NCBI GenBank assembly: GCA_964449415.1
Contig: CAYUYS010000001.1
Location: forward strand, 1 to 40,511
Direction of reading: 5' to 3'
DNA: 40,511 nucleotides
Origin: an uncultured Paludibacteraceae bacterium
GTDB taxonomy: Bacteria; Bacteroidota; Bacteroidia; Bacteroidales; Paludibacteraceae
Part shown: positions 1 through 8,308 of the stretch, piece by piece
Layout: each line of letters starts with the position of its first letter
Position numbering within the stretch: position 1 is the stretch's first letter
Notes under the pieces: model-generated
Told to the model about the DNA's origin: nothing
Seen by the model: only the letters and a program-made list of their open reading frames with translations
Databases searched by the model: none
Program-made: the position numbers and the translations under genes

Positions 1-18
1 TATTGATTGATGAGGCCT

Positions 19-26
19 CAAAGGTA
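19..26 (-). promoter_or_regulatory. Candidate Bacteroidota -7 promoter box facing a gene beyond the left edge
   Basis: The plus strand reads CAAAGGTA, which is TACCTTTG on the minus strand. This is an exact TAnnTTTG match. The target gene is outside the window. Confidence 0.25.
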
Positions 27-71
27 ACGATTTTTTTTAACTTGCCAACAATGTGATTGTGCCGGACCGAT

Positions 72-1475
72 TTATTGTTGCTGTTCCTGCAAATATTCTA
101 TCTCCGTATTTCGCACAACAATAAGCTGATTTTCAAGTACGAACTGCTGTTCTTGCAGTTGCCGTTCCAAAACAATAATGCTGTCTGCCATTTCTTGTTT
201 CTGTTCAGGCGCTACCTGTTCGTACATACGGCGCATTTCTTCCAACTGGGCATTTTGTTCCTCAAAATCCGCCTTTGCCTCCTGATATTGCCTGAACAAT
301 TGTTCCGCTTCTTGGCTTTGAAAATCGGTATAATGTCTGTAAACTGTATTGTCGTTGATATAAAACGAGAATCCGGTCCGGGTTTTTGTCTGTTCCATAA
401 ACGCAACCGCCGGCCGCTCCGGGCGTGTGGGCAATGCCGCTTTCCGGTATGTTTTCAAGGCTGCCAGTTCAGCCACCTGGCGCGCATCCGGCAGGTTGAC
501 TATTTTGGTTTCCTCATTTGGGATAAACACGTAAATCATCACGCTATCGGCAGGCTGCCGGCGGTCGGTGGCAAACCAGCCCAAATGATGACTTTCATCC
601 AACACCATCATGTAATCATTGGCAGGCGAATTGAACGGCATTCCGATATTCTCCGGCTGCAAATAGTTTTCCGTTTCGGAATTATACCGCGTTATGTATA
701 TGTCATATCCTCCCAGACCATCCGGAGAATCCGAAGCAAAATAGAACGTTACGCCGTCTGACATGACAAAAGGATAGTTTTCATTAAACGTCGTATTGGG
801 AGGCTCCGGCAACAATTGCGGTTTGGACCATTCATCCAACAGCCGTACGGCCCGGAACAAATCCAGCGAACCGGCGTTCACATCGGGAAAAATGGTGCGA
901 TCGTTACGCTGATTCGTGTAGGAGACAATTTGCAGAGGAATAGTGTCCAGCAAGACCGTTTGCTGTTCTAATTTTCCCGTTTCAGGCGACAGCCGGTAAT
1001 AATTCAAGAAATCCTTTTTCGGCGCTTGGATACTGTCCACAATGGCTATGTCTTCCACACGCGCCAAAAAACGTATTGCCAGTTCTGCCGCTTCGATGCG
1101 GTGTGCCAATTGCGTCAAACGTTCATCGTCAGCGGAAAGACTTTTCTCGTATTTCTGCCAAGTTTCGATAGCCTCCTCGAAACGGTATGCATCAAAATAC
1201 AAGTTACCCAAATAAAAATTCCGCAACGGATACTGGCGTTCACTCGTTTGTTCAAAATAGCGCAGGGCCGTTTCCGCATCGCCCAGTTCGTAACAGCAGC
1301 GCGCATACCGATAGCGATAAAGTTGACTGGAAGGACTTGCCGCAAGCAGTTTTTCATAAATTTCCTGCGCCTGCGCGTATTCTTGATTGTTGAACAGGTG
1401 GTCTGCATCCCGGGCCGGCTGCGCAAACACGAATGCGCCTGACAAGAACGATACAATTAGGATAAAGTATCTCAT
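72..1475 (-). CDS. Secreted TPR plus PD40/TolB-like beta-propeller repeat protein with a Q/E-rich coiled-coil tail
   Basis: 467-aa ORF with a signal-like N-terminus (MRYFILIVSFLSGAFVFAQ). It has TPR-like helices (AQAQEIYEKLL, ALRYFEQ, LGNLYFDAYRFEEAIETW) and a PD40-type motif (FYFASDSPDGLGGYDIYIT). The C-terminus is heptad-like and Q/E-rich. Confidence 0.75.
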   Translation of the reverse strand: MRYFILIVSFLSGAFVFAQPARDADHLFNNQEYAQAQEIYEKLLAASPSSQLYRYRYARCCYELGDAETALRYFEQTSERQYPLRNFYLGNLYFDAYRFEEAIETWQKYEKSLSADDERLTQLAHRIEAAELAIRFLARVEDIAIVDSIQAPKKDFLNYYRLSPETGKLEQQTVLLDTIPLQIVSYTNQRNDRTIFPDVNAGSLDLFRAVRLLDEWSKPQLLPEPPNTTFNENYPFVMSDGVTFYFASDSPDGLGGYDIYITRYNSETENYLQPENIGMPFNSPANDYMMVLDESHHLGWFATDRRQPADSVMIYVFIPNEETKIVNLPDARQVAELAALKTYRKAALPTRPERPAVAFMEQTKTRTGFSFYINDNTVYRHYTDFQSQEAEQLFRQYQEAKADFEEQNAQLEEMRRMYEQVAPEQKQEMADSIIVLERQLQEQQFVLENQLIVVRNTEIEYLQEQQQ

Positions 1476-1495
1476 GTGCTTAAGGTTTAGGATTG

Positions 1496-1503
1496 CAAAA
1501 ATA
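1496..1503 (-). promoter_or_regulatory. Candidate -7 box (TATTTTTG) for the TPR/PD40 gene
   Basis: Plus-strand CAAAAATA equals TAnnTTTG on the minus strand. It lies about 20 nt upstream of the ATG at 1475 and just downstream of a terminator-like hairpin. Confidence 0.4.
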
Positions 1504-1552
1504 AGGATAAAAAAAGAACTGCAAAAGTCCCGGCCGGAAAATGTCGGCTTTC

Positions 1553-1575
1553 AAAAAAGGACGATTCCATCGGCC
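1553..1575 (-). terminator. Rho-independent terminator candidate ending the lysC-lysA-GT2 transcript
   Basis: The minus strand reads GGCCGAT-GGA-ATCGTCC followed by TTTTTTG. That is a 7-bp stem with one mismatch, about 55 nt after the GT2 stop. Confidence 0.45.
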
Positions 1576-1628
1576 TGCATCGACACACAGAATCCACAAA
1601 CGAAGGAAGCGAAATTTGTTCCTTTGAG

Positions 1629-2780
1629 CTACCAAAGTTGGCTGTATTTGTTGGCTCGGGTCAGCATGCACACATTCAGGACGGGCAACAGAATGTCGAA
1701 CACCAGGATATTCAAACCGTATTTACGCAGGCCTAATGTACGTGCCGCCCTGTTTATCACGGAGACTTGCACCAGCCAGCGGACAAGAAACAAAAACAGA
1801 GCCAGTACTTTCAGGGGCAAGCTGCCGGCGCACACAAGTACAAGAAACGCAACATAAAACACCAGACGCATAAACGGTTCCAACATAAGACGCCATTTGG
1901 TTCTACCTGAATAATGTGTGGAAACCGACAAATGACGTCCTTTCTGGGCAATGTAATCGCGCCATTTTTTTTTCGGTACGGACCACGTAAGTGCATCTTT
2001 GCTTACCATAACGCGTGTATTCCGACGGGTGGCATTTTTATTGACAAACAAGTCGTCATCGCCGGCTTTCAGTCTAAGCATACTGGCAAAGCCGCCACTC
2101 TCAAAGAAAAACTGCTTGCGGTAAGCCATATTCCTGCCAACTCCCATGTACGGCTTTCCGGCTGCCGCCATACCCAGATATTGCAAACCGTTAAACAGCG
2201 TTTCATAACCAATCAGCCGGTTTAGCCAGGTGTTCTGTTCGTAATAGACACCCAATCCGAGTACAAAATCCGTACGCGGTTGAAAGGCGCTCACCATGGA
2301 AGCAAGCCAATGCGGACCTGCCGGACGACAATCGGCATCGGTAAACAGCAGATAATCATACTGCGCCGCTTTAATACCCAGCGAAAGACCCAGTTTTTTC
2401 GAACTCAACACATGTGAATCTTGCGGGACAAACGTTTTCTTCAAGTTGCTGTACAACGCTTGATACTCCCCCAAAATCAGGTCTGTGTCAAGCTGAGAAC
2501 CATCATTGACCACAATGACTTCAAAAAGCGGGTAATCTTGCTCCAGAATGGCCGGCAGATACGCCTTGAGGTTGGCGGCTTCGTTGTATGCACAAATGAT
2601 TACGGAAACGCCCCGCACATCTTCCGATGCGGTCGTTTTCTGTTTCTCCGCACGTTTCATGGAGCGCATGACGGCAGACATGTAACGCACATAATGATAC
2701 ATCTGCGCGCAAAATGCCACCAACAACATGGCAATAAAAACTCGCTCTACATCCGAAATGGAATACAAAAAAACGTCCAT
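1629..2780 (-). CDS. Membrane-embedded family 2 glycosyltransferase (processive-type architecture)
   Basis: 383 aa. An N-terminal TM helix is followed by a GT2 core (VSVIICAYNE, VVNDGS, TDADC, AGDDDLF). A QxxRW-like element reads AQKGRHL, and several C-terminal TM helices follow. The start codon lies 3 nt after the lysA stop. Confidence 0.85.
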   Translation of the reverse strand: MDVFLYSISDVERVFIAMLLVAFCAQMYHYVRYMSAVMRSMKRAEKQKTTASEDVRGVSVIICAYNEAANLKAYLPAILEQDYPLFEVIVVNDGSQLDTDLILGEYQALYSNLKKTFVPQDSHVLSSKKLGLSLGIKAAQYDYLLFTDADCRPAGPHWLASMVSAFQPRTDFVLGLGVYYEQNTWLNRLIGYETLFNGLQYLGMAAAGKPYMGVGRNMAYRKQFFFESGGFASMLRLKAGDDDLFVNKNATRRNTRVMVSKDALTWSVPKKKWRDYIAQKGRHLSVSTHYSGRTKWRLMLEPFMRLVFYVAFLVLVCAGSLPLKVLALFLFLVRWLVQVSVINRAARTLGLRKYGLNILVFDILLPVLNVCMLTRANKYSQLW

Positions 2781-2783
2781 AAT

Positions 2784-3938
2784 TTACAAATCATCTGAAG
2801 TATACGAAGCCGGCAGTTTACGCAAATTATACCGGGATGCCATTACTTCACCATAGGCACCGGTCGAACGGATGGCCAGCAGATCGCCGCGATGCACACC
2901 CTCCATAGGATAGTCCTTGACAAAGACATCGGCCGACTCGCAAATCGGACCAACCACATCGTAAATTTCCTCCGGAGCTCTTGATGTCAGGTTTTCTATG
3001 CGATGAAAAGCTTGGTATAAGGCCGGACGTATCAAGTCTGTCATACCGGCATCAACTATCGCAAACTGCTTGTGCTGCCCTTTTTTAACATACAACACCC
3101 GCGTAATCAGCACTCCGCAAGGAGCCACCACGGAACGTCCCAATTCAAAGTGCAAGGTTTGTCCCTCGCGCAACTGCAAATGTTTGCGGAATACCCGGAA
3201 ATATCCTTCGAAATCAGCTATCGGACAATGATTCGGGTGTTCGTAGTTAATGCCCAAACCGCCGCCCACATTGATATCCTTGACATAAATGCCTTTTTGC
3301 TTCAACAAATCCTGAAGTTCATTGATACGGACGCACAGATTCTGAAAAGGTACCATATCCGTAATCTGGGAACCTATGTGGAAATGCAGTCCGACCAGCT
3401 TCAAATTTGGCAATGTCTTTACCAAGACTGCAACGCGCCCCACCTGCGACAAATCGATACCAAACTTATTTTCTTCCAATCCGGTTGTGATATACCGATG
3501 CGTATGTGCATCCACGTTCGGATTGACACGCAAAGCTATGCGGGCGGTTTTTCCCATTTCGCCGGCCAAGGCGTTAATCACTTCCAGCTCTGCTTCCGAC
3601 TCTGCATTGAAACAATAGATATCGTGTTCCAGCGCTAATTTTATTTCCCAATCAGCTTTGCCAACTCCGGCATATACAATGCGTTCCGGCGGAATACCTG
3701 CCGCCAAGGCAGCTTCTATCTCACCGCCACTTACACAATCCGCGCCTAATCCGGCCTCTTGTATCGTCTTCAGTACTGCCGGATGCACACAGGCTTTCAT
3801 GGCATAATGCACATGGAAATGCGATTCGGGTGCCTGTGTTTTAATTTCTTCCAATGTTTGCCGCAACAAATCCAGATCATAGTAGTAAAAAGGAGTTTGC
3901 AACGACTGGAAGGCTGCTGTAGGGAAATTTCCTTTCAT
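2784..3938 (-). CDS. lysA: Diaminopimelate decarboxylase
   Basis: 384 aa with the PLP-lysine motif HYAMKAC, the glycine loop GGGLGINY and the GPICESADV motif. This is the typical fold-III decarboxylase layout. Confidence 0.95.
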   Translation of the reverse strand: MKGNFPTAAFQSLQTPFYYYDLDLLRQTLEEIKTQAPESHFHVHYAMKACVHPAVLKTIQEAGLGADCVSGGEIEAALAAGIPPERIVYAGVGKADWEIKLALEHDIYCFNAESEAELEVINALAGEMGKTARIALRVNPNVDAHTHRYITTGLEENKFGIDLSQVGRVAVLVKTLPNLKLVGLHFHIGSQITDMVPFQNLCVRINELQDLLKQKGIYVKDINVGGGLGINYEHPNHCPIADFEGYFRVFRKHLQLREGQTLHFELGRSVVAPCGVLITRVLYVKKGQHKQFAIVDAGMTDLIRPALYQAFHRIENLTSRAPEEIYDVVGPICESADVFVKDYPMEGVHRGDLLAIRSTGAYGEVMASRYNLRKLPASYTSDDL

Positions 3939-3962
3939 ATAATATCTTTTTTAATAAACGTT

Positions 3963-5276
3963 TTATTCGAATAATCCTGCACTTAAGTTCTTCAGGGCCT
4001 TGATCTTATCGCTCGCCTTAACAAGGAATGAGATATTGTAATTGCTTCCGCCGTAGGAAATCATACGGATGGGTACGTCGCGCAAGGCATTCACCACTTT
4101 CGACTGGAAACCGACATTTTCGTACAGCAAATCGCCCACCACGCAGATAATCACCATGTCTTCTTCCACGGTAACTGTGCCGAGTTTTTTCAGATTGTCC
4201 ACAATATCGGCCAAATGGTGCGGATTGTCTATGGTGACAGACATGCCTACTTCCGAGGTCGTAATCATGTCGATGGAGGTGCGATACTGTTCAAAAATCT
4301 CGAATACTTTCCGCAGAAAACCATAAGCCAACAGCATGCGTCCCGACTTTATTTTAATGGATGTGATATTGTCCTTGGCAGCCACGGCCACGATTTTGCC
4401 TTTTTCAATTTCGTTGCAAATGATTGTTCCGGGTGCGGCAGGTTCCATGGTGTTGAGCAGCCGTACCGGGATATTGTGCAGTTTGGCAGGCAGAACACAT
4501 GTCGGATGCAATATTTTGGCACCGAAGTACGCCAGTTCTGCAGCTTCCTCAAAGTGCAGCGAAGGCACCGGTTTTGTATTTTCCACAAAACGCGGGTCAT
4601 TGTTGTGCATGCCATCTATGTCTGTCCAAATCTGGATTTCGGTTGCGCCAATGGCCGCTCCAAGAATGGAAGCGGTATAATCGCTGCCGCCACGCAGCAG
4701 GTTGTCTATGTCGCCGTAAGCATTGCGGCAAATAAACCCTTGCGTGATATACAATTCATAGCCGGCATTTTCCCGCAACATTTCATGAATATGTTCGCTG
4801 ATATAGGCCATATCCGGCTCGCCGTTTTTGTCCACACGCATAAAATCAAGCGCCGGCAACAGACAAGACTTAACGCCGCGTTCTTGCAAATAAGCATTCA
4901 CCAAAGCTGTGGAAATCAATTCGCCGTGGGCCAAGATCACTTTTTCCTCAAAAGTAGTGAAGACCGACTTGGAAAACGACCGCAAATAATCGAACTTTGC
5001 CTTGATCATTTCACGCCCCTGTTCCTTATAGTCTTGATTTTCATAAAGTTCATCAACTACGGCATAATATTTCTGCTCCAACGTATTCAGGTGTTCCAAT
5101 GCCCCCGATATATTCTTTTTGTACAAATAGTCGGAAATCTCAACCAACGAATTGGTAGTGCCGGACATGGCCGACAATACGACAATCTTCTGTTCTCCGT
5201 TGCAAATCAGCCCGGCGACATGCTTCATACGTGCGGCGGAGCCGACGGATGTTCCTCCAAATTTCAAAACTTTCAT
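3963..5276 (-). CDS. lysC: Aspartate kinase
   Basis: 437 aa. The N-terminus is MKVLKFGGTSVG, the amino-acid kinase fold follows, and the C-terminal region is consistent with ACT regulatory domains. Confidence 0.93.
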   Translation of the reverse strand: MKVLKFGGTSVGSAARMKHVAGLICNGEQKIVVLSAMSGTTNSLVEISDYLYKKNISGALEHLNTLEQKYYAVVDELYENQDYKEQGREMIKAKFDYLRSFSKSVFTTFEEKVILAHGELISTALVNAYLQERGVKSCLLPALDFMRVDKNGEPDMAYISEHIHEMLRENAGYELYITQGFICRNAYGDIDNLLRGGSDYTASILGAAIGATEIQIWTDIDGMHNNDPRFVENTKPVPSLHFEEAAELAYFGAKILHPTCVLPAKLHNIPVRLLNTMEPAAPGTIICNEIEKGKIVAVAAKDNITSIKIKSGRMLLAYGFLRKVFEIFEQYRTSIDMITTSEVGMSVTIDNPHHLADIVDNLKKLGTVTVEEDMVIICVVGDLLYENVGFQSKVVNALRDVPIRMISYGGSNYNISFLVKASDKIKALKNLSAGLFE

Positions 5277-5347
5277 ATTGGTATATGGCTTGTTTTGTTC
5301 TACTTTCTGTTATGACATTACGTCTTAGTTTAGTTAAAATGAGACTG

Positions 5348-5355
5348 CAAAAATA
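5348..5355 (-). promoter_or_regulatory. Candidate -7 box (TATTTTTG) for lysC
   Basis: Plus-strand CAAAAATA equals TAnnTTTG on the minus strand, about 70 nt upstream of the lysC ATG. No good -33 element was seen. Confidence 0.35.
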
Positions 5356-5446
5356 CGTTTTTTTTCGCAACCTTCCGATAAATTGTAAACTTTCATACTT
5401 TTTTTAAGCCCTTCCACATTCACAGACAAACCCTTACAGACGCACG

Positions 5447-6265
5447 TCAGCGCATTCTGTAAACGCCATCACGCATCCACCGGGCCCATTGCAAAGGCGT
5501 ACGCGAACGGTCAAACGTCTGCCACGACACCGGTTTTCCCACAGATACCCGATAGTGTTTTCCACGTTGTTTGAACATTTCATCGGCAAGATACAGCATT
5601 TCCAGATTCAGCTTGATGCCCAGAAACTTACGCAAACGCGCCAGATTGTAAAAAAACGATGAGTTTCGCCCTTCAAAATAAATTGGCACAACCATCCGCC
5701 GATATTCCACGGCTTTCACGACAAAGTTTTTCTGCCAAGCCGGATCCATGACAGCGCCACGCTGCATGCGCGAACATGCGCCTGCCGGGAAAGTCAGCAG
5801 ACTGCTTTCCGACCCATAGACTTCACGCATGCGCTTTGCATACGACTTCGTTTGTGCGCCGGTTTTGTTTACAGGCACAAACAGCGCGGAAAGCGGCGAC
5901 AGGTACATCAACAAATCATTCACAAATACTTTCAAATCAGTCGTATAATGCCGGCTTATCATCAGCGACAGCACCATGCCATCCAATCCTCCCAACGGAT
6001 GATTGCTCACGAAAATAACCGGCTCGCGTGTCGCCGGCAGATTCTCCAGTCCATCTACGGTGGCCGTCACATCCAGAAACTTCAAAGTTGCCTCAATAAA
6101 ATCAAAGCCGGTGCCGGGGTCAGATGCCAGAAAAGCATTGATTTCATCCTGATGCACAATCTTTTTCAAGTACGACACAAGCATACGCGGCGCGGTAAAT
6201 CCCGGTGCCTTCGCCTTCAAAATCGCGTCAACATCTATTTGTAAAACCGGTTTCATATTTCCCAT
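5447..6265 (-). CDS. PlsC/LPLAT-superfamily acyltransferase (lysophospholipid acyltransferase-like)
   Basis: The ORF extends to 6298. Likely starts are at 6265 (MGNMKPV) or 6256 (MKPV). Acyltransferase motifs are SNHPLGGLDG and FPAGACSR. The exact substrate cannot be told from sequence alone. Confidence 0.7.
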   Translation of the reverse strand: MGNMKPVLQIDVDAILKAKAPGFTAPRMLVSYLKKIVHQDEINAFLASDPGTGFDFIEATLKFLDVTATVDGLENLPATREPVIFVSNHPLGGLDGMVLSLMISRHYTTDLKVFVNDLLMYLSPLSALFVPVNKTGAQTKSYAKRMREVYGSESSLLTFPAGACSRMQRGAVMDPAWQKNFVVKAVEYRRMVVPIYFEGRNSSFFYNLARLRKFLGIKLNLEMLYLADEMFKQRGKHYRVSVGKPVSWQTFDRSRTPLQWARWMRDGVYRMR

Positions 6266-6314
6266 CAAAAGCCTGAAACGGCAACCTGCCGCAGGCAAAT
6301 GCTTTTTACTGATG

Positions 6315-6322
6315 CAAAATTA
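6315..6322 (-). promoter_or_regulatory. Candidate -7 box (TAATTTTG) for the acyltransferase gene, divergent from mraZ
   Basis: Plus-strand CAAAATTA equals TAnnTTTG on the minus strand, about 50 nt upstream of the 6265/6256 start codons. Confidence 0.35.
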
Positions 6323-6488
6323 CACATAAATTGTCAAGAAAACGGTTGCATCTGTGTTTTTATATAAACCACTTTCCTCCACTACTCACTATAAACATTG
6401 AAAATCAATTGATTATATAATCAAAGCAAGCATACAACAAGCGCAATAAAAGCCATTTTAGCCTGATGAAAAGTTGTTGATAACTTTT

Positions 6489-6518
6489 TGTGGGGGAATG
6501 TGGTGAATGTGAAAATAT
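6489..6518 (+). promoter_or_regulatory. Putative MraZ operator: three direct GTG(G/A)-core repeats at 9-10 bp spacing
   Basis: The sequence is TGTGGGGGAA TGTGGTGAA TGTGAAAATA, with repeats starting at 6489, 6499 and 6508. It sits immediately upstream of the candidate mraZ -7 box. MraZ operators reported in other bacteria are direct repeats with a TGGG or GTG(G/T) core at about 10-bp periodicity. Confidence 0.45.
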
Positions 6519-6523
6519 ATCTA

Positions 6524-6531
6524 TACTTTTA
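6524..6531 (+). promoter_or_regulatory. Candidate dcw/mraZ -7 box (TACTTTTA, one mismatch to TAnnTTTG)
   Basis: It lies 28 nt upstream of the mraZ ATG at 6559. This placement supports the internal ATG as the true start rather than the ORF-track start at 6490. Confidence 0.35.
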
Positions 6532-6558
6532 CACCCTAAAAACAAACAGATCAGGCAC

Positions 6559-7017
6559 ATGTCTACATTTATCGGAAACATAGCAGCAAAAGCCGATGCC
6601 AAGGGACGAATATTCATCCCTTCCGCATACAGGAAAGCGCTCCCTTCCGAGTACGCCGGCCGCCTTGTTATGCGCAAGGATGCCGACAACGCGTGCCTGA
6701 TTCTGTATCCGGAACCTGTATGGAACCGCAAAGTGGAAGAACTAAAAGCGACACTTGACGAATGGAATCCCACCGACCAGCTGCTGTTGATGCAATTCGT
6801 TGCCGATGCGGAGTGGCTCGACATTGATTCGCAAGGACGGGTGCTCATTCAGAAACGTTACCTGCAATCCATCGGCGCAAGCAACGAACTGCTTTTTGTC
6901 GGCATGCTTGACCGGTTTGCACTTTGGGACAAATCCGCATTTGCCGACAAGCGCATGAGCAGTACGGATTTCGCAACTTTACTGAAAGAACGAATGATGC
7001 GCAAGGACAATGGCTGA
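6559..7017 (+). CDS. mraZ: Transcriptional regulator MraZ
   Basis: 152 aa from MSTFIGN. It has the duplicated SpoVT/AbrB-like halves with DAKGRIFIPSAYR and DSQGRVLIQKRY. It is the first gene of the dcw cluster. Confidence 0.93.
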   Translation: MSTFIGNIAAKADAKGRIFIPSAYRKALPSEYAGRLVMRKDADNACLILYPEPVWNRKVEELKATLDEWNPTDQLLLMQFVADAEWLDIDSQGRVLIQKRYLQSIGASNELLFVGMLDRFALWDKSAFADKRMSSTDFATLLKERMMRKDNG

Positions 7018-7948
7018 AACTTATCACACACCCGCCCTGCTCACCGAAACAGTCGACGGGCTGGATATTAAACCCAACGGAACATACGTGGATGTAACTT
7101 TCGGGGGCGGCGGACATGCACGCGAGATATTACGCCGATTAGGCAAAAACGGCAGACTTCTCGCCTTTGACCAAGACATGGATGCGTATGCAAACCGGAT
7201 AGACGATGGACGGTTTACGTTTGTACACGGAAATTTCAAATACCTGAAAAACTTTTTGCGCTACTACGAAGTGGAAAAAATAGACGGACTGCTCGCCGAT
7301 CTGGGCGTATCGTTCCACCACTTCGACACGGCAGAGCGCGGCTTTTCATTCCGGTTTGACGGCGCATTGGACATGCGCATGAACAACCAAGCCGGCATGA
7401 CAGCCGCCGACATAATAAACACGTACAGCGAAGAACAATTGGCCGACGTTTTCTTCCTGTACGGCGAACTGCGCAACGCGCGACAGGTTGCGCGGGCAAT
7501 GGTAAAACAACGGCAACAAAAGCCGATAAGCGGCGTGTTCCAGTTGGTAGAATTGCTTAAACCGTTTTTCGGACGCGACAAGGAAAAGAAAGACATGGCA
7601 CGCCTGTTTCAGGCACTGCGCATAGAAGTGAATCGGGAAATGGACGCGCTGAAACGCTTGCTTGCACAAGTAACCGAAGTGCTGAATCCGGAAGGACGCA
7701 TAGCCATTCTGACCTATCATTCGCTGGAGGACAGGTTGGTAAAGAATTTTTTCCGGAGCGGAAATTTCGAAGGAAAAATAGAGAAAGATTTCTACGGCAA
7801 TGTTATTGCGCCGCTGAAACCGCTGAACAACAAGGTAATAACCGCCGATACGGCCGAAGTAGAACGGAATCCGCGCGCGCGCAGTGCCAAACTGCGAATT
7901 GCCATTTACAAAGGAAACGACTATGAAGCTCGAAGAGATATGGAATAA
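7010..7948 (+). CDS. rsmH: 16S rRNA (cytosine1402-N4)-methyltransferase
   Basis: 312 aa with the SAM motif DVTFGGGGHA, plus DLGVSFHHFD and the C-terminal NPRARSAKLR. It overlaps the mraZ stop by 8 nt (ATGGCTGA). Confidence 0.95.
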   Translation: MAETYHTPALLTETVDGLDIKPNGTYVDVTFGGGGHAREILRRLGKNGRLLAFDQDMDAYANRIDDGRFTFVHGNFKYLKNFLRYYEVEKIDGLLADLGVSFHHFDTAERGFSFRFDGALDMRMNNQAGMTAADIINTYSEEQLADVFFLYGELRNARQVARAMVKQRQQKPISGVFQLVELLKPFFGRDKEKKDMARLFQALRIEVNREMDALKRLLAQVTEVLNPEGRIAILTYHSLEDRLVKNFFRSGNFEGKIEKDFYGNVIAPLKPLNNKVITADTAEVERNPRARSAKLRIAIYKGNDYEARRDME

Positions 7949-8288
7949 AATCCGTGACAATGAAGATTTTTCGGAAATCAAACGCGGAAGCATCAAGGAC
8001 ATCCTGAACGGGAATTTCCTGACCAAAGATTTCATACGCAGGCTGTATGGCTTGCTGCTGCTGATAGCGGTGCTCGCATTTGCCTACATAGACAACCGGT
8101 TTTATTGTGAAAAGCAACAGGCATACATAGTCGCCTTGCAGAAGCAACTGAAAGAAACCAAATACGAAGCCATGACCATTTCGGCGGAACTCATGGAAAT
8201 GAGCAGGCAAAGCAACGTGCAAAAACTGCTCAAACAACGCAACATAAACATTGAAGAAAGTACCGAACCGGCAATTATCATAAAATAA
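7923..8288 (+). CDS. ftsL: FtsL-like cell division protein
   Basis: 121 aa from MKLEE. It has a single TM helix (LYGLLLLIAVLAFAYI) followed by a coiled-coil segment. It sits in the canonical position between rsmH and ftsI and overlaps the rsmH end by 26 nt. Sequence conservation is weak, as expected for FtsL. Confidence 0.7.
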   Translation: MKLEEIWNKIRDNEDFSEIKRGSIKDILNGNFLTKDFIRRLYGLLLLIAVLAFAYIDNRFYCEKQQAYIVALQKQLKETKYEAMTISAELMEMSRQSNVQKLLKQRNINIEESTEPAIIIK

Positions 8289-8308
8289 ACCACATTCCAA
8301 ACAAAGGC

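Noticed and set aside
5277-5446. Lysine riboswitch upstream of lysC.
   Set aside because: The leader after the candidate promoter is only about 70 nt and AT-rich. It lacks the long multi-stem GC-containing L-box architecture.
7923-7948. 26-nt rsmH/ftsL overlap as a possible frameshift or fusion.
   Set aside because: Both reading frames end or start cleanly, and FtsL-like genes commonly overlap rsmH. No slippery sequence was seen.
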